64,000 bases of DNA from the human T2T-CHM13v2.0 reference genome, Homo sapiens, in the NCBI RefSeq assembly GCF_009914755.1, contig NC_060930.1. The stretch is one strand, 5' to 3'. A model generated the notes under the pieces. That model searched no databases and was not told the origin of the DNA. It was given only the letters and a program-made list of their open reading frames with translations. Position numbers and translations under genes: made by a program. Below, one piece after another: positions 53,220-64,000 of the stretch; within the stretch, counting starts at the first letter, position 1, and each line of letters opens with the position of its first letter.

Positions 53220-53776
53220 AACTATTCACTCTTAATACCACTCCTTAGGAGGACAATTCAGCTGCACATTGTAGGGAAGAAGACACACACACCCTGCGCC
53301 CGCTACTGCGCTTGGGGTGTAAACCCCTGGGGACAATCTCATGTGTGTACACAAGGAACCATAAGAGCTGCAGCATTTTAGAGTAAGAAGTATTGCCAAT
53401 GAGCTCAGCGTTTATTAACCAGAGAAGGGGTAACTAAAGTGTGGGACACTCAGAAAAGGAATTCTTGACAGCAGCTAAAACTAACGAACATGTTATCAAG
53501 ATGGACTGAAAGCAAAATGTATGGTTGGTGGAGAAAAGATAAGTTGCAGAAAGCCTCATCCTACAGATTAAAGTGTAGAGATGTGTAAATATAATGCATT
53601 ACTTATGGATACATACATAAGCAGTATTTAAAATCATACATGGGGATGATACCAACTTAGATAAGGTAGCTACCTTTGGAGAGGGAAGGAGGCTATGTAA
53701 GAAATTGAGGGATGGTACACAAAGGATTTCAACTGTATGTGTAATGCTTTGTTGCCTTAAAAATTATCTCAAGCAA

Positions 53777-53829
53777 TCACGCCACTGCACTCCAGCCTGG
53801 GCGACAGAGCAAGACTCTGTCTCAAAAAA
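53777..53829 (+). mobile_element. Extremely 5'-truncated Alu (47 nt plus short tail)
   Basis: TCACGCCACTGCACTCCAGCCTGGGCGACAGAGCAAGACTCTGTCTC-An; perfect 18-bp TSD AAAAATTATCTCAAGCAA (53759-53776, 53830-53847). Confidence 0.9.
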
Positions 53830-54431
53830 AAAAATTATCTCAAGCAAAATTTTTTAAAATGGAGATTATTCTTTTTATATATAAATATACAAATGTATGT
53901 TTATGTGTGTGCATGTATTTTTTATTGCTGTCCTGCCTTTCACTTATTACTTTATAATAAGCATGAAAATGTAGTTTTAATAGTTATATAATATCCCCCC
54001 ATAATTTATGAATGCATGTCCTGTGGTTGCATATATAGGTTGTTTCTATTTTTTCACACTGCTGTGACTGTCCTTATAAAGATTATTTTCTTAGGGCAGA
54101 AAGCTGGGATCACTGGGTCAAAGATTTGAGCTATTTTTAAGGCTCATAATAATTACTGGGTGAGAGTGTTAGTCAGAACACTTTGGGCTGCAAGTGACAG
54201 AAAACCAGTTCAAACTGGCTTAAGTAAAACGGGAAACATGTTGGCTTGTGTTGCTGAAAAGGCTAGGGAGGGAAGGCTGCCTGCAGGGTGACCCAATGTC
54301 CTCAGGGCTCTACCCAGACCCCTGTGCCCCTCTCTATCCCTCAGCTCTGCTTTCTTCTGGATCTGCTTCAGGCTTCCCACATCCTCTCCACATGGCACAA
54401 AATGGCTCCAGCAGCTCCAGCACTCACCATC

Positions 54432-54903
54432 TGTATCCATTTCTGGGGATGCTATAACAAATTACAAGAAACTTGGTGGCTTCAAACAATAGAAATTTAT
54501 TCTCTCACAGTTTTGGAGGCCACAGGTCTGAAATCAAGTTGTCTGCAGGGCCACGTGCCTTCTGGGGACTCTAGGGAAGAGGCCGTGCCTTGCCTCTGTC
54601 AGCATCTGGTGCTGTCAGCATGTCCTGGCTTGTGGCCACATCTCTGTCTGCTCAGTTTTCACATTGCCTTCTCCTTTGTGTCTAACTTCTCTGTGTGTGT
54701 GTAAAGGATACTTGTGATGGCATTCGAGACCTACCCAAATTATCCAGAATAAGCTTCTCCTTCCAAGATTCTTAACTTAATTATATCTTTTGCCATATAA
54801 GGCAACATTTGCTTTTTTGGCATGTAAGGTAATATTTGCAGGTTCCAAGTATTAGGAAGTGCATATATCATTGGGAGAGAGGCATTTTCTTCAGTCTACC
54901 ACA
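54432..54903 (-). mobile_element. MLT1 (B/C-like) MaLR LTR nested inside an older MLT1 (J/K-like) LTR spanning ~54167-54985
   Basis: TGTATCCATTTCTGGGGATGCTATAACAAATTAC...AGAAATTTATTCTCTCACAGTT...CAGTCTACCACA; TSD CCATC/CCGTC; host LTR starts TGTTAGTCAGAACACTTTGGGCTGCAAGTGACAGAAAACC. Confidence 0.75.
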
Positions 54904-57900
54904 CCGTCCTTTACAGCTCAAATCCCAGAGGACCAGTTCAGGCAAAAGTCTCAGGAGAGGGCTCTAATTAGCCAGCTTCCATCATGTGCCCACTATTCGA
55001 GAATTGATGCATAATATAGTTTGGCAAGAATGTGGGTGTGTGTGGGAGATAGCCTGGAACGGTTTGCCAGGGGTGAGCCTCAGAAAGCCTCCGAGACAAG
55101 GCTGAGGCACTGGGGCTCCATTTAGCAGGTCACGGGGGAATGGGAGGTGTCCAGGGGTGTTCAGCAGGGGAACCCTCCAGGGACAGGAGAGAGGGGAGCT
55201 GCAGGGAGGCCTGGGGGAGGTGGCTGGTGTGGTGATGAAGGTAGAGGAGTGGGTTGAAAGGTAGGAATGACAAGCAAGGGCCACATCTGAGAGGAGTCTC
55301 AGGGGATGGAGCAGCAGATCTCATAGACTGGGGAGGGGGCTGTGACACAGACAGGGAAGGCGGCAGGAGGCAGTAGTTTGCGGGCAGAGGGAGGAGGGGT
55401 CATTCCCTTGGAGACATCCTGAGTTGAGGCGATGGAGATGAGTCCTTCATTAGCTTTTGAGGCTCTGTGAGGCTCTGTGAGGCTCTGGCCAAGTCGACCC
55501 TGAAGTCAGACTGGGCTAAGATCTTCTCCAAGGCAGAGGAGCAGAGAGAGCCTGTCTTGTCTTCCTGACACATTGTGGAATGCAGCCTCCCTTTCCCGGG
55601 TCTCCCTGCGGATTGCATGCCAGGGCAGGCGGGTGTTTGGCCTGGAGTGTGTGCTCCCTCCCACCTCCCCGCCTCCCCACGCCTGCCGGAGTGGTAGTTC
55701 CTTCATCTTCCAGGAGCGGGGAGTAGCAGCAGATGAACTCTTTAACAAGCAAAAGGGAGAGAGCAGTTCCACAGGCAAGGGTTTCTGCTGAGGGAGCTGC
55801 AGCCACAAGGCCGAGCAGCTCCTGGGGTTGGCATCTCTCAACCCCTCAGTCCTGCCCTGGGCTAGCAGCCTGCAGGCAGGGCCCCCTGTCAGGGGGAACT
55901 GAGCCTCAGTGCACCTCACCCCAGCGAAAGTTCCCCCAGGGAACCTGCAGCCACAGTGTTTGTGTCACAACTGTATTTTGAAGAGAGGGACATTCTAGGT
56001 ACTCCGGTTTTATTAATACAAGATGCTGGGATCCCCAGAAATTAGCTCAAGGAGAGACAAAGACTTCAGCCTCCCCTGAGAGCTGATCAGAGATGGCTGT
56101 GCTGACCCAGGGTAGGTAGAGACTGGGAGTGGGTGAGGTCCACCCCACCACTGACTTCCCCACTGGATGGAAGCCTCCGTGGCTGCTGGCTGCTCCTGTT
56201 ATAAGAGGCCCTGTGAGAATGTAGGGAGAGCTGGGCTTCATCTCACAGCCCCTAAGATCCACCCCCACTCCTCTTCCCCAGACAGGCACATGCACGTGCA
56301 TACGTGCGCACACACGCAGAGTCATGCACCTCGCTCTTCAGTCCTCGCTCCCCTTCCACTGCCCCTCCTGTGTTTACACAGCTTCCCCCCAGGCGAGGCC
56401 TTAACTGAGAGCAGTCAGCCCACACTGGCTGCAAAAGATGGGCCACGTCGGCCTGTGGGGTCTCTTGGGAATCTGGAATTGGGCTCTGAGATATGTGCTT
56501 GGACTCAGCATCCATTCCTTGCCTTCTGCTGCTGCAGAGGCTACAAAGCTAACAACAGTGTGGCTCCCGTGCACCTAGGGTTTTTGTTAATGAGCTAGGT
56601 TCTGCTGAATGCAGACACCCACATGAGGCCTGCAGGGCAGAAGTGAGGCAGAGCCAGCTTCCTCATCCGTTAGCTATTCGCCGGTGGCAGGTAGGCTCAT
56701 GGACACACGAATTTTCCTTCATGGCATTCCAATGTCCAGGCACCAGCTTTATGGGGCCCAGACGTCATATGGTGGTGACAGCAGCTTCAGACGATGGATG
56801 GCAGCTAGAGTGGTGTGTTCGGTGGTGGCTCTGATTCCTCCCCTTCCTGATGGGGCCAGTTCAGCTGTTCCATACTCATTCCTGGGTGCAAGCCTAATGC
56901 CAACTGCTACAGCACCTCCAATGACTTTTTAAGCACCTAATTCCCCATGTTAATTGCCTCTCTGCTTCAAATCCCCACATGCCTTCTGTTTCCTGCACTT
57001 AAACCCTGATTGAAACAGATACAAACGCACTTTGTACAAACAGTCGGACTTTTAGCACTAATCTAACAGGTCATGAGAGGCCCAGGCCAGGGCAACCAGG
57101 AAGGGCTCCACAAAAATGAAATCGGGAGCACAGAGGTCTGCAGAGAGGGCCCCCCTACACACACACACCCCTCCCATGCAGAGGGGAGCTTTCTCCCTTC
57201 CTGATGCTTCCGCATTTGGGGTCCTGGGCCACAGGTAACCTTGTGTGACATGATAACATATAGGAATGTTAATTCATATTCCACGGCTCCTCTCCATCCC
57301 CAACCTTGGCCGCTTCCGTTCAGTAGTCAGCAGGACAGCTCAGCTGTAGTCTCAAGGAAGAGATGACTCAGCATAAAGAGAGAGACAGCAGTCTGTGCTT
57401 GGGTTCTGAGTTTCCAAACCCAGGCCTCAAGGGGAAACGGAAATGACTCATGTGGATAAACAGTTTGGTAGCTTGGGGGCATGTGGGATGACAGAGAGCA
57501 AGTGTGGCATCTTCCTCCCCTCTTCCACGCACACACAGAGGTTTCTGGATCCAGAGTTAAGGGAGAGGCAGGGGAAAGTAAGCAGGGTCTGGATAGTTTG
57601 GCCTCTCAGAAAGATGAGTCCTGAGGTTACCTGGGACCTTTCAGCTTGGCTCACTCTGCTACCTCATTGGGTTGCTCAAGGTCCCAATTCCAAATTCCTT
57701 GCATCTAATTGGCATAGCTCATCTTTTTCAGGCAGGTCCCAAGTCAGAGGTCAGGGCCAGGCTATGAGGAGATAGTCTGGCTCACGTGACCGCCTCTGGC
57801 CTAATCAGCTGTGGCCAGGAGCTGCGTCACATGGACTGAGGAATGGGGTGTCTGAGGCTGGGCAGGGCAAAGGCAGGGAGAGGGTTCTCCTAGAACGGGA

Positions 57901-60900
57901 ACAGCTCCTGGCACGGAGAGACAGTACCTCAAGGCAGGGCCTGCAGGTTATAGGTGTTTTGGTGACTCCTTCACCTCATCAGTCTGTAATGGAGCCACTA
58001 AGGTGTCAGCTCCAGGAACTAGGAGTTGCGCCAGATGGAATATTTATTTGCTTTTGAATTCTTCCGTGTTGCAAGAAACTACTGCTTTGTTAAGAATTCC
58101 AGGTATTCCAGCTGTAAATTTCATGCTCCAGTCTCTGTTAATGCAGTGCAAGTTTGGGCCTGTCACCTGATTGTACTGTGCCTCAGTTTCCCAACTTATA
58201 AATAATACACCTCTTGGGAGGCTTCTGTGAAATTCATCAGCATAAAAATGCTATGGAAAAGCCTAAAGGAGACCCTACAAATGCAAGGAATGGTCAGTCC
58301 TCCTCCTCCCTGTCTCTCTTCCAGTTAGGTCCCCAGTCCCAGGCCCCCACTCCCATGCTACCCATGGCCCCCTCAGACCCTAGGTGGAGAGAGGAGGAGA
58401 CCCCTTCACCCCTGGGGCAGGCACAGTGAGGGGCCCAGGCTGGGCAGGGCAGTGAGGTTCTGATGAGCCTTTCCTGTGATGGATGGCCCGCCAGCTGGAG
58501 CTGCAGTTCCAATTTGCTCCACATTTGGACAGCGCTTTACCCACAATTCAGCTTCTCAGGCCCACAAATCACTCTGCACAATCAGACCAAGGAGGCAGTG
58601 GGGAAGACAGGAGAAAGAGGTCCAGCAGCTCCTGGAGGACCCCGGGCTGGGGAGAGGGGCTGTGGGGTTGGAGTGCACACTATGTGAGGTCTGGATCCAT
58701 CCTGGGCCCCCTTTCCTTCCAAGCCCATCTCCTGCAAGCTCTAGCCACCCCACGGTTCCAGATGGCATGCTTCATTGGGTCCTAGCCTTGTGCCCTCTTC
58801 CCAGCCCCCACTTCCCCCTGGAAACAAGAACAAGGATCCCTGCACTTATTGTCCCACTGCCCCAGACCATCTTCTGTCCAGCCCAGTGCAGCTCCAGCTA
58901 TGTTGCAGAATCTCCAGGGCCTCCCACTGCCTCCCACCCCTCCATGGGACAGACCCACGCCACTTCCAGACCATAGAAGTTAGGACTAGTCAAACAGTCA
59001 TTCACTCATCCTTTCACTTATTCCTTCCAAAAACATTGATTGAACATTCACTATGTCACAATGGTGAGCAAAACCTTGGAGCCCGTAGTCCAGTGACATT
59101 AACGAAACAATTAGAGAATTGTACAACTTCAAACCAAGACAGTGGCTGAGGAGAAAAAGATCCTGGGAGCAATGAGGGCATGGAAGTGAGGGGTCTACCA
59201 GGGTCTATGGTCTCTCTTAACTCCCTTCCTTTCAAGCTTTGTTTAGGCTCACCTCCTCCAGGAAGCCTTCCCTGATTGCTGCATCCATCTATTATTAATG
59301 GGTACTTCATGGTGGGTCTCTGGATTCAAGACCCTTCCGGTGTCTTGCCTTTCTGTTAAGTCCCCCATAGGTGAAGACACTCTGAATACACAGGGTCGGC
59401 CTACCCAAGTGTGGCCTAGGTACCACCAGTGCCTCCTCAGGACTCAGCTCAGAGGCTTTCTCCACCAGGAAGCCTTCCCTGGCATGTGACCTGGTCCTGG
59501 AGACCCTCTTCTGGCCTCCACAAGTCCCTGGACCCAGAGGGCATTGGCACTGCCCCCCTCACCTCCACCAAATGCCTCAGGGGCACCAGCTTTACTCTAG
59601 GGGATGCAAAGAGCTCTCCTGCAGTCCTGTGCCTGCCCCCTTCTTCCCCCATCTCTGCCCTCTGCTAATGATGATGTAGAGGCACAGAAAACAGGCTTTG
59701 ATCTACAGTAGCTGCCTCCCTTCATGAAGGATTTCCCTGCCTCAGACATCCCTTTCCCTGGGTTGGTCTTGGTGTTCCGGGGTTCATCTCACCAAAGGCC
59801 CAGTGCTGCTGTTGCTGCGAGTGAACTGGGGAGGTGGCTCTCCCATCATCTCCACCCAGCCAGGCCCTCAGAGGTCATGCCAGTGAGGGAGTCAGGCCCC
59901 CTCAAACACAGGGGCTGGGCCCAGAGCTCATAAGGCTGGGGGAGCTGGGGGTGGAGAGAGGCGGGCTCAGTGGTGGCAGGGGCAGGCCTGAGGTGGCTCT
60001 GAGTGCCTGCCCATCAGCACACCTCTCTGCAGAATGGGTGGAGAGAGGCACCTGCACTTTCCCCCCTTGGAGTTACCAGAAGGTGGAGGAGAGAAGCAGA
60101 GAGGGAAGTGTGAGTGCTAGCAAGTTTCCCTGAACCTGGGGGGCTGGGAGGCAGATGCAGCCCATCACCCACCCTGGCGTGGCCAGAACATCCTCCTGAT
60201 GAAGCTTCATAGTCAGAGTGAGCCCACTTTCAACTGCTCCAATGTGTTCGTAGACAAGAGCCACGTTGGGGACAACTGTTGTCTGTGGAGAGGAACTCAC
60301 TCTAGGATCCTCAGCGATGCATTTTTTCCTGGTGAATTTCAACGAGGACTCCTTTGCCTGGCATTGATTTATGCTCCCAACCTTTCAGGCACTCATGGCT
60401 TGCATAAAGGGAGGGCTGCACACAGCAGAGGTGGGCCTGTTTAGCTGATCTCAGCAGAGCTCCGTCCGCCCACCCGATTGTGGGAGCTGGCAGGAGTGGG
60501 GAGGAGGCCGGCTCTCTGTCTGTCCTGGGGCCATGCTCACATGTCTGCTGCCCAGTGTGGGCCGTTCTGATACTCAGAGATCTGGGGGTTTGGGGAGAGG
60601 CAACAAGCCCGTGCATCTAGGAGGGCGCAGAGAAAAGCTGCCTCCAGCCCGGAGGCTCCTCTCTGCTCTTGCCTCTTTCAAGGCCCTCCCTTTTGATGAC
60701 CTGTATTTTCATCTCTCCTCCCTCCCCTTCTGCTTCCCCCAGCCTCCTCCCAAGCCTCCCACGCCGGGCAGTCTCCATTCCCCTCGGCTGTTCCTGCCCA
60801 TCTCTACCCTGCAAGTGTGAGTGTGCGGCTGCACTAGCTGCTCCCTGACCGGGGGCCTCTGATGGGGTTTGGCCAGTGGGAGGCACCAGCAGGAGATCAG

Positions 60901-60990
60901 AGGGTAGGGGGACAACGGATGGGGTGGATCCGGGCCTGCTAACACCAAAGGCCCTGGCAGCAACTGCTCAGCTGGCTCCTCCACACCCAC

Positions 60991-61349
60991 TGATACGGTT
61001 TGGCTGTGTCCCCACCCAAATCTCATCTTGAATTATAGCTCCCATATCTCCCACATGTTGTGGGAGGGACCTAGTGGGACATAATTGAATCATGGGGCGG
61101 TTTCCCCCATACTGTTCTCGTGGTAGGGAATAGGTCTCATGAGAGCTGATGATTTGATAAGGGGAAACCTCTTGTGCTTGGCTGTCATTCTCTCGACTGC
61201 TGCTGTGTGAGACGTGCCTTTCACCTCCTGCCATGATTCTAAGGACTCCCCGGCCACGTGGAACTGTGAGTCTATTAAACCTCTTTTTCTTTATAAATTA
61301 CCCAGTCTCGAGTAAGTCTTTATCAGCAGCGTGAAAACAGACTAATACA
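60991..61349 (+). mobile_element. THE1 (A/B-type) MaLR solo LTR
   Basis: TGATACGGTTTGGCTGTGTCCCCACCCAAATCTCATCTTGAATT ... TTTATCAGCAGCGTGAAAACAGACTAATACA; perfect 5-bp TSD CCCAC. Confidence 0.93.
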
Positions 61350-61444
61350 CCCACCCTCTCCGGGTCCACTCCATCCCTGGCCCTTCAGGCCTAGGGGTGG
61401 TCATGACTCTCCATGCTGCTGGCTCCTAGGCACGCTCCATCTTT

Positions 61445-61790
<346 letters not shown>

Positions 61791-62589
61791 TAGTCCCTTC
61801 ATGAAACCCTCCCGGCACCCCTGTTGAGGGTCTGTCTGTTCCTCACTGTTTCCTTCCTCTCCGGTCCTTTCCTCTTCCTTCAGTTTTCTCTTTTCTACCT
61901 TGTCTTTTCTTCCCAGATTCCCTCCTCTTTTTTTGCCCCTTCCTGGCCTCATTCCTACTGGGAAGGGGCAGGCTGGTTAAGGACCAGGCTCCAGGGATGA
62001 CAGTGGCTTGGTGGAGCCTGGAGTCCCAGGCATGATGAGGCCTGCCGACCACTTGGAAAGTTCTGAAATTCAGTTATAGTTGACTAATCTAGCGGGGCCC
62101 AGGCCCAGGGCAGTTGCTTCAGGTTAGAAAAACCCTCAGGAAAGAGATTTAGAAAACAGATCCCTTCCCTCATCATATCTACTGAGGGGTCATGTACCTG
62201 GGGGGATGAATATTTCCAGGTATTTGCCCAGGACACCTCCTTCCAGAGAGAACACCTTGGGGCAGGGAGGAGAAATTTGGCTCCTCACAGCATTTTCCAT
62301 AAAACATTAGTCTCACACAATGCCTCTTACAAAAGGAGGTTCCATAGTCAGATAAGTTAGAGAGACTCTGCATTTGGCAGATCCCCATGTGCCATTCTAT
62401 CAAAGGCTCTGAAAAGGTCTGCAGTAAACAGTGTCCTGTTTCATATGTGTTTTGCTCAGTGCATCCAAAGCTAGACGATGGAATCAAATTCGTTTTTTAA
62501 AATGCAATCATTCCCTGAGCCCAAATCAGCTTCTTTATCTCTAAAAAGGGAATAATTCATTGTTCTGAAGATTCAAGATGCTAACCATA

Positions 62590-63000
62590 TCTTAGATAAG
62601 ACTTTCTTGGTTGCAAGGACAGGATTCATATTAAACATAAAGGGGAATTTATTGAAAAGCTGTTGGGCATCTTTGGGGGCCCCCAGGGCGTGAGTGCATC
62701 GTGAGAGCCAAGAACCAGAAGGTGCAGCATATCTTAGTGTCCACACTCCACCCCTTCTCACATCTGCTTCCTCTGTCTTCCTCTGCAGGCTTCCAGGGCT
62801 GTGGGGCCAAATGTGCCCTCTCCTGCCCTCATGGCAGCCTCAGTTCCTGAGTTCTCATCATTTCTTCCTTGCTACAATCAGAACTGAGTCTAGCACCCTT
62901 CAGGACAAATCCAGATCCCCAGGAGAGACAGCCTGATGAGTTCAGCTTGGAAAGGGTCTGTTCCTGTCCTATCAGCTGTGGCCAGCGTGCCAGGGTCACG
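62590..63000 (-). mobile_element. Old MLT1 (J/K-like) LTR fragment
   Basis: GACTTTCTTGGTTGCAAG...AAAGGGGAATTTATTG and CCTATCAGCTGTGGCCAG motifs; heavily diverged. Confidence 0.5.
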
Positions 63001-63309
63001 TACCAGTGCGACTGCCACAGCACGGCCCATCTGTCCAGGAGTAGTTCTCAGTCAACGGGCTCCAGCTGGGACTCAGGCTGAATAGATGCCCACAAGGATG
63101 TCTGCTACCACATGTAAAGTGCCCCAAAGCAGGACAAGTGCTCAGCAAGTGTGGCCCGTATGATTAAGGGAATTCTGTGTCTGTCTGAGAAGAAAGTGGC
63201 GATGAGCAATAACAAGGCCTGTCGTCCATCTGGAAGAACTCCAGCCACCCCCCAAACTTTCAGGTGCATAGAACCACCTGGACATAAGACACAAACATTG
63301 TTACCCCAA

Positions 63310-64000
63310 AAAGGAAAAAAATTATTTGGACTATATTAAAATAAAATATTTGTTTATCAAAATACATCATTAAGAGTAAAAAGGCAAGACAGCAAGTTGA
63401 AGAAGATATTTGCAATACACATAGCCAGGAAAGGACAAGAACCCAGAATATATAAAGAACTCCTATAAATCAGTAAGAAAAAGACAATCTGATTAAAACA
63501 TTGGCAAAAGATCTGAAGAGGCACTTCACAAAAGAGGATGCCCAAATGGCCAATAAACATAAGAAAATGTGCTCAACATCATTAGTCATCAGGGAAATGC
63601 AAGTTGAAGCATAAAATGGTATCACTCCACACCCACAAGCATGGCTGGGATGAAAAGAGAGATGCGCCCAGTGCTGACGAGGATGTGCATCAACTGGAAC
63701 TCTCAGACACTGCAGGTGGGTGTCTAAATTGGTACAGCCACTTTGGAAAATTGTTCAGCTGTATTTGTTAAACCTGAACACAAGCAAATCCTATCTGTGA
63801 TGCCACAATTCTGCTGATCGACATATCTCCATCAGAAATGTATACAAATGTCCACAGAGATACATGTCATCGAATTTTCATGGCAGCCCTCTTTTGATAT
63901 CCCAAAGCTGGAAACAACCCAATGCCCATCAACAGCAGAATGCATACAAATTGTGGTACAATCATAGGCTGGAATGCTACTCAGCATTGAGAATAAACAA
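63310..64000 (+). mobile_element. Old L1M fragment (ORF2 C-terminal region), running off the window
   Basis: GAAGATATTTGCAATAC...GGCAAAAGATCTGAAGAGGCACTTCACAAAAGAGG...GCTCAACATCATTAGTCATCAGGGAAATGCAA...CAGCCACTTTGGAAAA; disrupted frame. Confidence 0.88.

Noticed and set aside
55459-55488. Three copies of GAGGCTCTGT
   Set aside because: A short slippage duplication with no sign of function.

Overview
Eukaryotic, repeat-rich genomic DNA that I recognise from its coding exons as the human LEMD2-MLN locus (6p21.3). Both genes lie on the minus strand. The window holds LEMD2 exons 1-3 with its CpG-island promoter (the gene continues off the left edge) and the complete five-exon motilin gene MLN, whose splice junctions assemble into the 115-aa prepromotilin. 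The remaining ~43 kb (21.3-64 kb) shows no recognisable protein-coding gene. It contains a 960-bp HERV-K(HML-2) LTR5_Hs-type solo LTR with a 6-bp TSD, a complete SVA, a 12-copy ~55-bp minisatellite, Alus, MaLR LTRs, L1/L2/MIR and DNA-transposon fossils, and a CR1/L3 reverse-transcriptase remnant that still reads FADD. Almost all ORFs in the supplied track are spurious. I cannot support a new biological system from sequence alone. The best leads are (i) a frame- and topology-compatible MLN-to-LEMD2 read-through splice, (ii) a repeated promoter motif that puts four in-frame, strong-Kozak ATGs upstream of the LEMD2 start, (iii) the young LTR pointing at MLN, and (iv) tandem splice sites in both genes. 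Repeat subfamily calls and the boundaries of old repeats are by eye and approximate.
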